Positions 1 through 12,589 of a stretch of DNA of 64,000 nucleotides are shown here, piece by piece. The notes under the pieces were generated by a model. The model was not told the DNA's origin and ran no database searches. It saw only the letters and a list, made by a program, of their open reading frames with translations. A program made the position numbers and the translations under genes. Numbering within the stretch: the stretch's first letter is position 1; each line of letters opens with the position of its first letter. Source of the stretch: Macrostomum lignano. Its lineage: Eukaryota. The DNA lies in NCBI GenBank assembly GCA_002269645.1, contig NIVC01000392.1, positions 372,001-436,000 of the forward strand, written 5' to 3'.

Positions 1-284
1 TCTCCCATTGGGATATCTATATCTGACTATCAGCCGCAGCCGTTCCGCACCCCGCTGAGCTGACCAACCGACTTAGGAGAACGCCAGGACCATGGAGCTC
101 TTGATTTTTATTTCATAGAAACCAACCTGGACTTGAGTTGTTGCTTTCAAGCGATGCCTGTAAAGCAATAAGACGTTGGCAACGTCCGGCCGGCGCGTTT
201 ACAACATTCATGAACGTCGCTAGCAAATGGGTACTTTTATATTCCCCTGACTTTCGGCCAACGTATGACGTCATCATCTATGGA

Positions 285-730
285 GGGACCGGGGGGACAT
301 GCCCCCCCCCGGTAAAAGCTATGGGGGACATGCCAATGCTTTGTAATCCCCACCACATCTTGTGACCCGTTGTGGTAATCAATCATTTTTCTTTTGGGCG
401 CCAAAATAAAGCGCCTGCGGCGCCAAAATGAGTGCCTGCGGCGCTAAAAGGAATGCCTGCGGCGCCAAAATGAGTGCCTGCGGCGCTAAAAGGAATGCCT
501 ACGGCGCCAAAATGAGTGCCTGCGGCTCTAAAAGGAATGCCTACGGCGCCAAAATGAGTGCCTGCGGCGCCAAAATGAGTGCCTGCGGCGCCAAAATGAG
601 TACCTGCGGCGCCTAAATGAGCGCTGACAACACGATTTTTAAAAAATGAAAATGCAGAAATTTAGTCATGTACATTTACATGTTGAATTCTTGGCTTTGT
701 CCCCTACCATGAAATCAATGCGACGCCCTG
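285..730 (+). mobile_element. Degenerate copy of hAT-type MITE family A with internal 21-bp tandem repeat
   Basis: Co-linear with the intact copies at 1717-2184 and 9171-9511: same GGGGGACATG head, about 11 x GGCGCCAAAATGAGTGCCTGC, degenerate right TIR TGCGACGCCCTG ending at 730. Left TIR and TSD not found. Confidence 0.8.
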
Positions 731-1716
731 GGGTCAAGGACCACTGGCAGTATATTCTTATAATTCTGTTAATGGTCATTGCGTTGGGTTACGTCTGCAT
801 AGGATGCAGCAGTGTTGCATTGGATGGCGTCATCAACGTTTTAGAATCGTTACAGATCAATGCACAGTAATATCTGTTTTACAGACTTTGCACCATAAGT
901 AGTACAAATATAAATAAAGTCAGCAATGCGTTTTATTATAATAAAGCTGGTTCAAAATATTATAGAGTCCCTGTTAAATCCAGATAATAAATCTAAGAGC
1001 TCCTTGTTCCAGCTGAACCGGTCAAGCATCCCTTATTCGGGCTGGCTTTTCTCCTCCCGAGGGACTGTTTAAACTGGAACTTTTCTCCCCGATCCGGGCG
1101 TCGGCAGCGTCATCCTCTGGGAGGGTCGAACAGTTCCTGCGATACGCCGCCCCCAATGTTCTGTTTGCCAGAACCGGTTCGGCATTTTTCTTAGTGCGAG
1201 GCGACGATTCTTCGCGCCAAAAAGAAGATTGCTTGCATTGCCACTTGGAATTGACATAAGTCGGTCTTAAAATTTAATTTTCAGCAGCAATTTTCTGACT
1301 CTTTTGGCAAAAAGAAACTGCTAACAACTGCTGACGTTGGTTCGAGTTGAAATTCGATTGGCTTTGAATTATTAACTATGCATATCGGAAATCAAACCTT
1401 TTGCAACCCTCCCAGGAGGGTGATCCTGGATACAATAAATTGCTGTATCAATAAATACTGGATATAGGACTCTAAATCCGCATTCTCAGCAATATCTCGC
1501 GCATGCATCAATCTTATTCACTCTCCTCAACCAGAGATTTAAGCGTAGACAGCTAAATTAGGACGCTACACTCTCTAATTCGTGCAAATTTCTCTGGGAG
1601 TCAAGTTTTTTATCCATTTTTCTATTGCTTGGTGATGTACGTTGGACGCTGATTGAGCCAAGTTTCTCTCAGCGACTTCACGCTGGATAGCAGTGACATG
1701 AATTCTCAGCTGGATT

Positions 1717-2184
1717 CAGGCGCGTCGCCACCGGGGACAGGGGGGACATGTGCCACAGTAAAAGCTCTGGGGGGGGCATGCCAATGCTTTGTCCCGGCCC
1801 ACCCACCTTGTGAGTCGTTGTGGTAATCAATCATTTTTCTTTAGGGCGCCAAAATATAGCGCCTTCGGCGCAAAAATGAGTGCCTACGGCGCTAAAATGA
1901 GTGCCTGCGGCGCTAAAATGAGTGCCTGCGGCGCTAAAATGAGTGCCTGCGGCGCCAAAATGAGTGCCTGAGGCGCGAAAAGGTATGCCTGCGGCGCTAA
2001 AATGAGTGCATGCGGCGCCAAAAGGAGTGCCTGAGGCGCCAAAGGGAGTGCCTGCGGCGCTAAAATGAATTCCTGCGGCGCTAAAATGAATTCCTGCGGC
2101 GCCAAACTGAGTGCCCAAATTTAGTCATGTTGAATTCTTGGCTTTGTCGCCCTCCACCATAAAAATCCATGGCGACCGCCCCTG
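1717..2184 (+). mobile_element. hAT-type MITE family A, full-length copy
   Basis: Imperfect TIRs CAGGCGCGTCGCCA and TGGCGACCGCCCCTG; exact 8-bp TSD GCTGGATT at 1709-1716 and 2185-2192; about 12 internal 21-bp repeats; no coding capacity. Confidence 0.93.
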
Positions 2185-4663
2185 GCTGGATTGATAAATG
2201 GTGAATATTGGCGGCAGAAAGTGGAAGATCACAGTTTCTGACATCACAGGAACGTTGAGTTGGGCCCTCTTTTTCGACCAACTGATCAATCTCCATTTGG
2301 AATCTCGAGAACTGCTCATTGTGAAATCTAACTTCTACCGAAGTGCACAAGGCCGAGCTCTTGAGAAATTAGTCCATGGCTCAAGCCGGGGTCATATTGG
2401 GACGATAGCTTTGCGTAACTTGAAGCTAGCAAAATGGGCCAAAATCGATTAATATGACAGAAGTCAAGCGTGTGGCCATAAAGGGTCAAGTCTATGCCCA
2501 AACTTGATTGGACATCTCTGCTCAGAAATTAAGATCTGTCAGCTATTCAAATTTTGCTTGGATTCTGCTGTTGCACTTTTACACCCACCCCATTCAGAAC
2601 GTTTGTGGTCCCAACTACTTCGTTGATAAGTTGATGAGTTGATAGGCTGACTTAACAACTTATCGTCTATATGAGAAATATCCCCTCTACAGAAAGATTT
2701 ACGCTACATATCGGAGATGATTCTAGTCTCCGCTTTTGAGACTGGGTGGTTCTTATTCCATACTAATGTTGTTCGCGCGTACATAAAAATAATTAGGCAG
2801 TGACCTATTTTTTCTTTCGTTTTTCCACTCCACAGTCTCCCGTCGGTCTCTCATCTCCTTAAACTGTGTGTATGGTCAATAACTCAGCTAAGCATTGCCA
2901 AGCATTCAATCCCCTAAGCGCTAATGACATATTGATTTTCATGCAGTTTTGAAAGCGTTTCTAGCCTTAGCTTTATCGTGCAGAAAGCGGACTATTTTAT
3001 AGGCTAAGATATGGGAGATGGGCAGACGTCCCTGGTTCAATGAGATAGTGTCTGAAACTCACTGAAATTGATTATCATTTTACCCGAAAGAATTGGGCTG
3101 TTTGGTAGTAATATACCAATTCAATCTCGATCAACTTTGGCAGAAGTGACTTCGATTTTTTGCTAGCCCAAAGACAAAACATTAGAAATCCGGCAAGATG
3201 TCTATGGTTAACTGCATCATTTGAAGCGTACATTCGACTTAGGCAGAAGTGACTTCGATTTTAGCGACAGATCTTCTCCTGATTGAAGACTGATCTGAAG
3301 AGGCAAGGGACTGACCCGCGCATAGTGCAGGAGCTTCAGGACAGGCAGGCTGCAGCGCAGGTCGGTGAGACATTACAACGTCGTCGCCTTACTGTTCTGA
3401 CGTCTCAAGTTAAGGCAGCGTTCCATCACCCCTGAAAAATGTCAGAAGTGCCACGAGCACGTGCTGAGCTATGGACCCCGCTGTCTATTCCATGCTCTTA
3501 CAGTGACATTGATCACAAATGGTTTTTGAGTGACTTCAACAGGGCCATCTGGATTACTGAAGCTGAGACAGCAAAGTTGCTTTATCAAAAGTTTACGTTT
3601 TTAGCTTGCTTTTCTTCTCGTTGGTTTGTTGTAGTTTGCCTTTCAGATGACTGTGCTTTAAATTCTTCTTGCAACCAAGTCATTCATGATAGTTGATAGT
3701 TTGCAATTCTCGCAGTGTGACGCAGTGGACAACTCAGAGGAGGCGCACAGCTTAGGCTGGTGAGGAGAGAGTGGAGGAGAGTTATGGTTTGAGTTGGATC
3801 AAAGCTGCTAATTGCTGACCACCTAAAGTTACCTACCAGATAGCCTGTTGGGTCAGTAAACCGTACACTCGTATATTTGTTGTTTTTTTGGTTACTGAGA
3901 AATATTGAAAGTCCAAAAACACGCGTACTCTGTAGGAATCCAGAGAAAAGTAGAGAAAAGTACTCGTAAATGCTGTTAAAACTGATTTGATTGTGTTATA
4001 ATACCTCCTATAGCAGCTCTATAGCTGTATACGCTTAGCGTTTGGCATTTGAACTGCGATCACTTTTTCGAATATTCTGTCGCTAGACTGCCTAGACAGA
4101 CAGCCAAGGTAGACATGGGGGGAGGGGGACGCGAGAGTATCAACACTGAACGCATAAACAAAGAAAGATTTCCAACGCTACATACTACCAGATGTGAAAA
4201 GTCAGAAAAGTCATTCAAATATTTTCTATGACTTTATATTTTGTACAGTATTCGAATGAGGGTTGTTTTTGTTGGAAGGCGTCTTTTGAGCTTGAGCGCT
4301 CTGGTGGTTTTTTTAAAGGAATTCAAAGCCTGACGCGACAGTGACTGTGGGCTGCTCATTTCTGCTAATAATGAATAATAAGGAATTTTGCTGAAGCAGA
4401 CGTGACTTTCTGAAATTACACAAGCACATCAAGTACTCACTGCTGAATTTCAGCTTGACATTTAGCCAAGGCTTTTGCGTCTTTGCAGCTCTCAAATTGG
4501 CGTAGATGCGTGGCTCTTAATTTCAGGCCACTTTGTAATTGCGACCAAAATTTTGGCCACGAGGCCAATTTAGGCCTGCAAGTCCGTTTAGAACAGGAGG
4601 GGTCGAAAAACCTTTTTTACCTCAAGGGCCACTTAGAGAACCTACAGTGCATGACCGCAACCC

Positions 4664-4792
4664 AGAGGAGGGAGAGAGGAGAGAATAGAGTTGAGAGATA
4701 GGAGAAAGGAGAAAGGAGAGGCGCAAGGTAGGAGAGAGGAGAGATTAGAGATGAGAAGGAGAGTAGAGGAGAGAGGAGATAAGACAGAAGGG
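4664..4792. repeat. Purine-rich (GA) low-complexity tract
   Basis: About 130 nt made almost entirely of G and A (GAGAGGAGAG-like) with no strict period. Confidence 0.85.
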
Positions 4793-5399
4793 AGCGGACA
4801 CAAACCTTGAGCGGGCCAGATTGCTATTGGGAAGTTTCAAAGGACCCGAGGGCTGGATAGAGAGGCTTTGCGGGTCGAATTTAGCTCATCCGATAAGACG
4901 AAATTTGGGAAGCAATATACATTTTTAAATCTGTTATTAGTTACATTGCATACCAATAGAAGTCAACTCCGCAATCCAAAAGCCATTATTACCTCGCCAA
5001 AGTTATGTCAAAAATATTTCATCTTATCCTAAAACTTTGGTCCCTGGTTGTGCAGCATGAATTACCCATAAAGAACGGTGCTCTGTCACTATCTGCAAGT
5101 CGACATTATTCCTGTGACATGCACCAGCCATCCATCCATCATTGGGCTTCTTTACTGCAAGTTTCCCGGGTACAATGTAAGTTTCCACTGATTTCTCTCT
5201 TCCCTTCAGTTATTTGGTCACCATCACGTGAAACAGCAAGGTAAAGGAACGGTCTCCATCTTGACTGGCTCCACTGTCTTAAAAAATCTTCAAATCCGCT
5301 GACCAATTTAACCGACATGGTGTAGAGGAACAAAATTACTGCGAAATGGACCGTTTTCTACCATTTTTAGAATCCACCAAATGCCCCTAATAAGAATAT

Positions 5400-5694
5400 T
5401 GATAGCACTGATTACACCTGCCCCAATTGGGCCAGATGTGCAACCGACAGCTCAGCCGCGGCTATTGCGCGGCGCATCTGAAGGCTGCGTACGGCTGTTC
5501 AGTCCTACGACTTGGGGTCGCCACACACACCCTCAATTACCCCAGCTAATGCTGGCATCCATTTTACAGCTGGGTGAACTGAAGAAATGTAGAGTTAAGT
5601 GTCTTTCCCAAGGACACAAATAGTTTCGAGTGGATCGAGAATCGAACCCCAGACCTTTGCGCCGTGAGTCCGACGCTCTAACCACGAAGCTACC
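5400..5694 (-). mobile_element. tRNA-derived SINE with CORE-like central domain
   Basis: Minus strand begins with A-box-like TAGCTTCGTGGTT and B-box GGTTCGATTC, followed by GTGTCCTTGGGAAAGACACTTAAC...TTCAGTTCACCCAGCTGTAAAATGG (resembles the MIR/CORE block). Homologous copies at 12590, 32450 and 61998. Confidence 0.85.
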
Positions 5695-8600
5695 TAGAAA
5701 AAATGTTTTAGTATACCGGAAACAATCTTATCCCCATGAAGGGAGTTACAAATCAAAGAATACGGCTCGTAGAAATTACAAAACAGCACCACGCAAAAAA
5801 CATTGCAACTCAGCAAATACCCCCTTGAACTATGGCAACTCAGAACCTCCCCACTGAGCCCTAACAACTCAACATATTGGTTTTGTTTGTATCAGCTTTG
5901 GAAATTTCCTGACAAAGCTTTGAAACAGCAATCTAGCAATCATTTCATTGAGATTATTTTAAAGGAAAAAACTCAACTGCAGCTGATGCCTTCGGTTAGT
6001 GAACTGCTGACTGAAAAGGAATGGATATCAATGCTAGCAATTTGATTCATTCTCAAGCAATAATGATACGTAACAGAAAGCAGTCGGTTATGAAGTAGCC
6101 AAACATTTTGTTGGCCGGAGGGCGAAAAGATGAATAGATAAAGGTATCTGATATCCAATGCAAAATCATCATCTGCTACAATGTATTTTCAAGTTCTATT
6201 TAATGTAAAACTTCTAATTTTATCGATTCCCTTTGCGAATAGGATTCTTAGCTCTTAGCAAGAACCTAATTAGCTGATCAGCTGGTGGACTTTTTCATAT
6301 TTCAGCTCCAATCCATGACACTGATACAAGCCTTTGGTCCCTCCCTGCCAATTATAGGGTACAGAATCTGTGACGTTCGTCTGTCGCGTGAGCTGCGCAA
6401 TCAGATTTTTGCCGGCGTGGCGTGCCTCACCAACAGTGAGAGAAGGTGTGCAAAATAATAAAATACGGAAGTTGAAGGCGAGAAAGCCTAAAAAAGGGAA
6501 GTGAAGAAGAGACTCAGGTGCCAGGGAAGAGCATTTTGTCCAAAGCTCCCAGGACGTTACAAAAATATCACTAATTCAAAATGAGTCTCTTTGAAATTTT
6601 ACAGCAGTTTTGGATTGTTGTGTGCGATCAACCAAATTGGCGAGCGACTGCTGGAACCGATATTGCACATTGCACAGCGTTTGTCATTTAGCAGAAAATT
6701 TTTGCGAGTTCGTGATGCCTGAGAACTGAGAGTAGCAGCTTTAGTCCAACTCCAGGCGCAAGTATCCCCCAATTGCCCTGGGCGAACGTCTATGGTCTCA
6801 GTGTAAATTTCATTTATTTGCATCGGTGCAAATAAACGGTTTATTTCACTCGCCTCCTTCTTCTTCTAGTGGTCCTTGTTCTGAATCTGCAGAATATGGT
6901 ATAGAAATTCTGCTATAGACCATAGACATCAAATCATTTTTTTAAAATTGTCTTAACGTTCTTAAACTTATCTATCGGAAGGAATGTCATTTATCAACCG
7001 CTAACTGCAGAGTCAGTTAGCGAAGTACCAGCGAAAGAATTCATGCCTTTTGCAGTGGTATTTGGGGTGGCTTATCTGGAATTTAATCATTAAGAATCGA
7101 TAATTCTAATAAAGTTGGGTGACGCAATTATACACAGCTGCAAGACGTCACATAGATATCCTATTCGGAGGGAGTATAAAGAGAGCAGTTTACACTAGCT
7201 AGCACTGCAAAAGCATAAGGGCGTACAGCGTAAATAACACGATTACGAGCTGACAGACACCATTAGCAAGTTCAATACGAGCGTAATAAGCCGTTGACAA
7301 GCCTCGGGTGAGTAAGTGTCTAGCACTAAGAATAAGACTCAAGATTGAGTCAGCAGTGCGTGATATTAGAGTCCACGAGAATTGCCCGCAGACGAATTGT
7401 TCGCCACCGCCGAGGATTGCCCGCAATGCTTTTTTCCTGCAGCGTATTTAGTCACGTGGCAGATTTTGTCTGCGTTGCCTCCCAATGCTTAGTAAGTCTT
7501 AATAAAGAGATTTAGGGGACAAAGCTACATGACATACATGAATTTATAGCTCACAGATGTATGCGTATAGAAATGAAAACCTTTCTTTTTACTTTCTAGG
7601 CAAAGCATTGACGTCAGTTGCTAAAAATAGATCTCACGTGTTTTCTGACGTAATATCTTGCTGGGGCACTTGGCCAATGGGGCTCCCTAGGCTATAACAA
7701 GTTAGCCTAGGGAGCCCCCTCACCCGTGTTTTCGTGTTGTGTTTTCAGTCTATTGTACTGTCTCTCAGACCGACACTCGATCTTAAGTTTCCGCTAGTGC
7801 CCGAATCTAAAGTCTGACATTGTCTGAACTTAAACCCAGACTACCGAGTCTGCCTGAGGCTGACACCGCCCTCCCAACCACCCACTGAGCCCTACAGGAT
7901 CTTATTCACCTCATCGAAGACTGAGACCCCGAGGGACTGCTGACAGCTTCTACTACCGCTACTAAAAAGGCTTCCGAAAGAAGAGGCGCACAACGTGAGT
8001 TTGTACTTCCCTGGTGGCAGCGGTGGGATCTACTGAGGACCTATACCAAAGCCACACCAATAAACCCGAAATACTTTAATTGTAACACTTTGCGAACTTC
8101 GTAGGATATTACTGGTAATACCTTCAGAGCTACATTGCGTTCGCTCCCCATAAATTTACTAACAAGCCGGCAAACTTGGAAAAGACACTGGAAGGAATCT
8201 GACTCGAACTTCATCGAAACGGACGTCAGGTTGGGTTGGATAGGGTGAGGCAAGCCGCACAGACCAGAAGCAGTTAATCGGCGATGTGATGAGAAGGCTG
8301 CATCGTAAAAAGTTGTTCTTCTTTTTTTAACTGCAAACTAGAGTTTCACTGAGCTACAACTTCGCTGCCGAGAGTCGTAAAACAGTTTCCAGACAGCTGG
8401 CTGTAATTAGCGACAGGGAGTTGTCAGACAGGCAAGTACCAAGAGCCGTACTAGCCATAAAACTGTCGCCTCTGCGCCCGATCTAATTAGCAAGATATTT
8501 TTTTATTTTTAAACCTCTAGTGCTGTAATGAAACAATTCTGATATTGCGGAGAATTCCGGCAACGCCAGAGCACGTAGTAACAAACTTCTAAGAACTATT

Positions 8601-9170
8601 TTCTAATCTGTCAGTATTTTACTGAATTTTTCTAAGAACATTAATTATTTTTTTGTCTGAATTTGAACTGTTCCGTGCTGCTAGCTGATATCTAATGGAT
8701 GCTATATCCTTCCCATGTATGGCTGCTCATCTCTTACTTACACCTGAACAATATCTGAATGTACACCTACATGTAACTATAGACAAATTGGACGCGTGAA
8801 AATTCTCTAAATGTACACGTGATTAATTTTTGACAGTTATTTTTTAGTTGGAGACAAGGGGCTGCACGTGCTCCTTGGGGGTTGGCCCTTAAGACTGTTA
8901 ATTGCACGAGCAGAGCCAAGCAGAGATTCCAAATTAATCCCAAATTAATGCGACTGCACTTGAAACCGAGCCTGGGCCGCTGGAACGCAAGAGCACCGCA
9001 CTGGACTGCTGGCCTTCGCCACCCTCCGCCTGCACACCTGACTTTTTTTTAAATCTACACCTGGCTTATTTCTGAATTTACCCCTCACTGATTTCTAAAT
9101 GTACACCCGACAAAGACACAACTGCACTGTATCATTGTACACCTGAACAAAGCCGAGACAGGGTCTGATC

Positions 9171-9511
9171 CAGGGGCGTCGCCATGGATTTTATGGTGGG
9201 GGACAAAGCCAACAATTCTACATGTACATGTACATGACTAGATTCCTACATGTACATTATTTTCAGATTCGGTATGTCAGCACTCAATTTAGCGCCGCAG
9301 GCACTCATTTTAGCGCCGCAGGCACTCATGTAGGCGCCGCAGGCACTCATGTAGGCGCCGCAGGCGCTATGTTTTGTCGCCCTGCAGCAAAATTATTGAT
9401 TTCCATAACGGGTACAAGGTGGGGTTGGGGGGACAAAGCATTGGCATGTCCCTCCCAGATCTTTTACGGGGGGGAACATGTCCCCCCGCCCCCCCGTTGG
9501 CGACGCCCCTG
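9171..9511 (-). mobile_element. hAT-type MITE family A, full-length copy
   Basis: Perfect 14-bp TIRs CAGGGGCGTCGCCA (9171-9184) and TGGCGACGCCCCTG (9498-9511); exact 8-bp TSD GTCTGATC at 9163-9170 and 9512-9519; about 4 internal 21-bp repeats. Confidence 0.95.
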
Positions 9512-9786
9512 GTCTGATCATTTCAATTAAATTTGGGATGCCAATTAAACAGATGTCCTTATGCGTGTGGAAAATGCAGAATCCCAGCTAAAATTTCAAA
9601 CGGAGATCGGGTTATTCTTAAATTTTCAATTCGAGTAAAAATTCTTACCTTGAAGCGATGGAGCTTTCATTAAAAATAAATAAATTTTCCGCTTCTTGGC
9701 TGGGCAGCGAAGCATAAATTATAGACAGTAGAAAACGACACTAAAACGGTTTTTTACCCCCACAAAAGCTGTATCAGGTGACAAAG

Positions 9787-11112
9787 CTATCCTCTCCACT
9801 CAACAGCGGCAAGCCCGCAGGCAACCACACTCACCCGCATGAGACTCAGCCGGGCAGAATTGAGATCCTCAGACCACAGTTCCGGCCACATGTAGTCCGA
9901 GCTCTCGGTGTTGTACTCGGTTCGCACGCACATGGTCTGCTTCACGTGCGAGCACTCATCTCTTAGCAGCCGCTCGAATGTGGCCTCGTTGGAGAATTGC
10001 GTGTAGACCCGAGCCAAGCAGAGAGCGTTCTCCAGTATAGTGGCGTTCGGGTACTCCGTCATGTTGAAGCACAGGTGCGGGGTTAGATTGTCGAATTTGA
10101 ACACGGGCAGAAACGGTGTGTAGCAGTGGCAGGACTGATAGTACTGCTTGGCCGACACGTACAATTTGCACAGGTTGTAGTCCAGCTTCACCCGACGCGA
10201 CTGCTCCAGACTGGTGCCGTACATATCAACGTAGACTTCGGATTCGCGACAGTTTCTCTTCTCTCTGAGGTGGTGAGTGACCACGGCTTTGAAGTTGATG
10301 TGCTGGGAATGCCCGGGTACAATAAGGATGCCCTCTCCAGATGGCACAGTGTCTGGGTCGTGAAGATAAATCCGGGTGCCCTGGTGAAAGTAAGCCGAGT
10401 TAAACTTTTTATACGAGTGAAAGTCGTTCATGATGAAGAAGAACATCGACACGAGCTGGTGAGTATCGTTGGCCAGAGGGGCCAATCGTTTGATCTGGAT
10501 AGTGTGGCACGGCAGGCGGTAGCGGCCAAACCAGGTAGTCGAGGTGACATTCTCTGCAGTGAGGTGCAGCAGTTCGCTGTTGTTGTCAATTTGCACATTG
10601 AGCGCAATGGCCCTTTGACCTCGGTTGTAAGCTACGCGAAAGATCATCCGTCGAGGGTCGGTGCCTTTCTCGGCAAAGCTCATTGTGGACAGTGCAAGAG
10701 TCAAATTCACCAGCAGCCTATCGTCGTCAGTGATCGTGCTAGAGTTGACTATCTCGCTCTCGCGGAACAGACGAAAGAACTCAATCATAGCGCTGGAGTT
10801 TTGATACCTCGACGCGTTATTCAGTTTCAATTGCCAGTCTTGCAGCTGGTCAGGATCCGATAGGCTCACTGGCACCTGATTGCAGAAGGTAAAGTCCGGC
10901 CAGTCAGTGAACTCAGCGTTGCTAAAGTACGAGGTCAGCATTGGCAAGGAGTGATAGTGCTGCAGAGTGAAGGACACATTGTACAGGAATGCTAGCAGGC
11001 CGCTGAAGCAGAGCGTGGCCCAGAAGATCTCGCCCAACCTACTATGCGCGTTGGCGGCGTGCGCCAAGCCGTGTACAGTGGAACGCTGGAACACTTCTTT
11101 GAGCTGATGCAT
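9787..11112 (-). CDS. DEG/ENaC (amiloride-sensitive sodium channel/ASIC-like) subunit, large first coding exon
   Basis: 441-aa ORF with pre-TM1 STVHGL motif, hydrophobic TM1, WPDFTFCN (FPAVTICN-like) and Cys-rich thumb region (CKLYVSAKQYYQSCHCYTPFLP). Probable donor CGG|GTGAGT ends the exon at 9835. Downstream exons encoding TM2 not resolved. Confidence 0.85.
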   Translation of the reverse strand: MHQLKEVFQRSTVHGLAHAANAHSRLGEIFWATLCFSGLLAFLYNVSFTLQHYHSLPMLTSYFSNAEFTDWPDFTFCNQVPVSLSDPDQLQDWQLKLNNASRYQNSSAMIEFFRLFRESEIVNSSTITDDDRLLVNLTLALSTMSFAEKGTDPRRMIFRVAYNRGQRAIALNVQIDNNSELLHLTAENVTSTTWFGRYRLPCHTIQIKRLAPLANDTHQLVSMFFFIMNDFHSYKKFNSAYFHQGTRIYLHDPDTVPSGEGILIVPGHSQHINFKAVVTHHLREKRNCRESEVYVDMYGTSLEQSRRVKLDYNLCKLYVSAKQYYQSCHCYTPFLPVFKFDNLTPHLCFNMTEYPNATILENALCLARVYTQFSNEATFERLLRDECSHVKQTMCVRTEYNTESSDYMWPELWSEDLNSARLSLMRVSVVACGLAAVEWRG

Positions 11113-12589
11113 TCAGCCGCCTTAATTGCTATAATATAGGCTATTCTCTGGCTGCAATTATAGACCCTGAAGCTGGAAGCCTTACTGGAAAATTATCAAA
11201 CTGTACTCGTGGTTCTAACGGGAGAAATAAAGCAGCCGCCGCATCGCTGATTGGTTGAAAGGCTTTAAAGGATCTGTAGAGCTGTTTATCCAATTGTAGG
11301 AGTTCCTTTGATGTTAATTATTTGATAAGACTAATTCGAGATGGCAAAAACTCTAATCATAAATATTCTGCTCACCTTTGTTCAAAGGCTCAGAACTTTG
11401 TGGACTCCGGCCACTTATAGGCGGAAACATGAAGTGCCATTAAGCCAGAAAACAATGTACATGACAAAACCACTTGTCATGTTGGCCTTGTTGTGTGGGT
11501 TGTTGCAACAATGTTAGTATACATGAATGTTTTAGCTAGAATTAATGTGACATTTTTCTCGTCCAACATAATTTTAACAATGTCAAAAAGATCCAATTGT
11601 TTTATTTCGATTTCAGCTACAAATGTTCGAATTTACGCTACTGACAATTTGCTATACACTCTACTATAAGTAGCGAAATCAGATTTTTTGAATTATACTT
11701 TAATCAAAATTAAATTTGGGGGCTAATTAAAGCTTTTAAATTTACAGCTTTTAAATTACAAACACAATTGCAGCTAAACTGCAGTCTGCTTCAATAATTG
11801 GCTGCAGCAGGATCGAGGTATTCATATTTTGGTATGTGGCTTCAGTCTATTGACAGACATTTGTCTCCGCGCAACTAATGGATTTCTTAGGGCAGAGGAA
11901 AACCGACAATGCACAATTTCTCGATTTCCTAGAAAGAGAGAGCAGGAGAGGCCCGGCACGGAGGCAGGGAGTGAAAGCTCAGTTTTTTGGGCAGGGGCGA
12001 GCTGAGAAAAAATATTCCCTAACAAGCCCCAAGACTACGACATGCGGTAGTGCAATCGCCCACTGGGAGGATCACTCAATACCCCCTCGAAAGGCAAAGG
12101 AAAATGCATGGGCGGGAGGTCATGCACTACTGCCGGGGAGGCGAAATGAATTGCATTTCCCAGCAGGAGATGTCATTCATAACGGTGGAAAACAATGACT
12201 TAAAAGAAATACAGAATACGATGACGTGGATTTACCCGGAAATGTTTTTCTCTTGTGTTGGAAACGTGAAAAACGTAAAACAATGAGTGGGGGGGCTGGG
12301 GTGGGGAGGGACAGAGAGAGAGAAAGGAGAGGAGACACTCCCGTTCTGGTTCTGCTGATCCTCAGAACGCGCGGATGAGTACTTTACATCTATACACCTA
12401 TGCATATGTGTGTGTAAATCTGTGTGCAGTGGCTGATGAATATGTACATGTATACATGTATTACATGCATATGTACCCTTACGTGAACTTTTTAGTGCAC
12501 ACATTACTTTTGAACATCTAAAGATAAGTAAAAACCATTGGGAAGGCTCCCACTGAGACTCAAAGTCTTTGTTTTAACTTAATAAGGGA

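Noticed and set aside
900-5330. Coding-like, stop-riddled minus-strand sequence that may be a decayed LTR retroelement (e.g. WPKFWSQ near 4550, reminiscent of BEL/Pao gag)
   Set aside because: No unambiguous RT, RNase H or integrase motif, LTR or TSD could be read by hand; needs a translated search against Repbase/Dfam.
7900-8270. Short ORFs and GC-richer patch that might be a gene fragment
   Set aside because: No recognisable domain, stops in all frames, no consistent splice pattern.
10126-10863. 245-aa plus-strand ORF
   Set aside because: Antisense shadow of the GC3-rich DEG/ENaC exon; no independent features.
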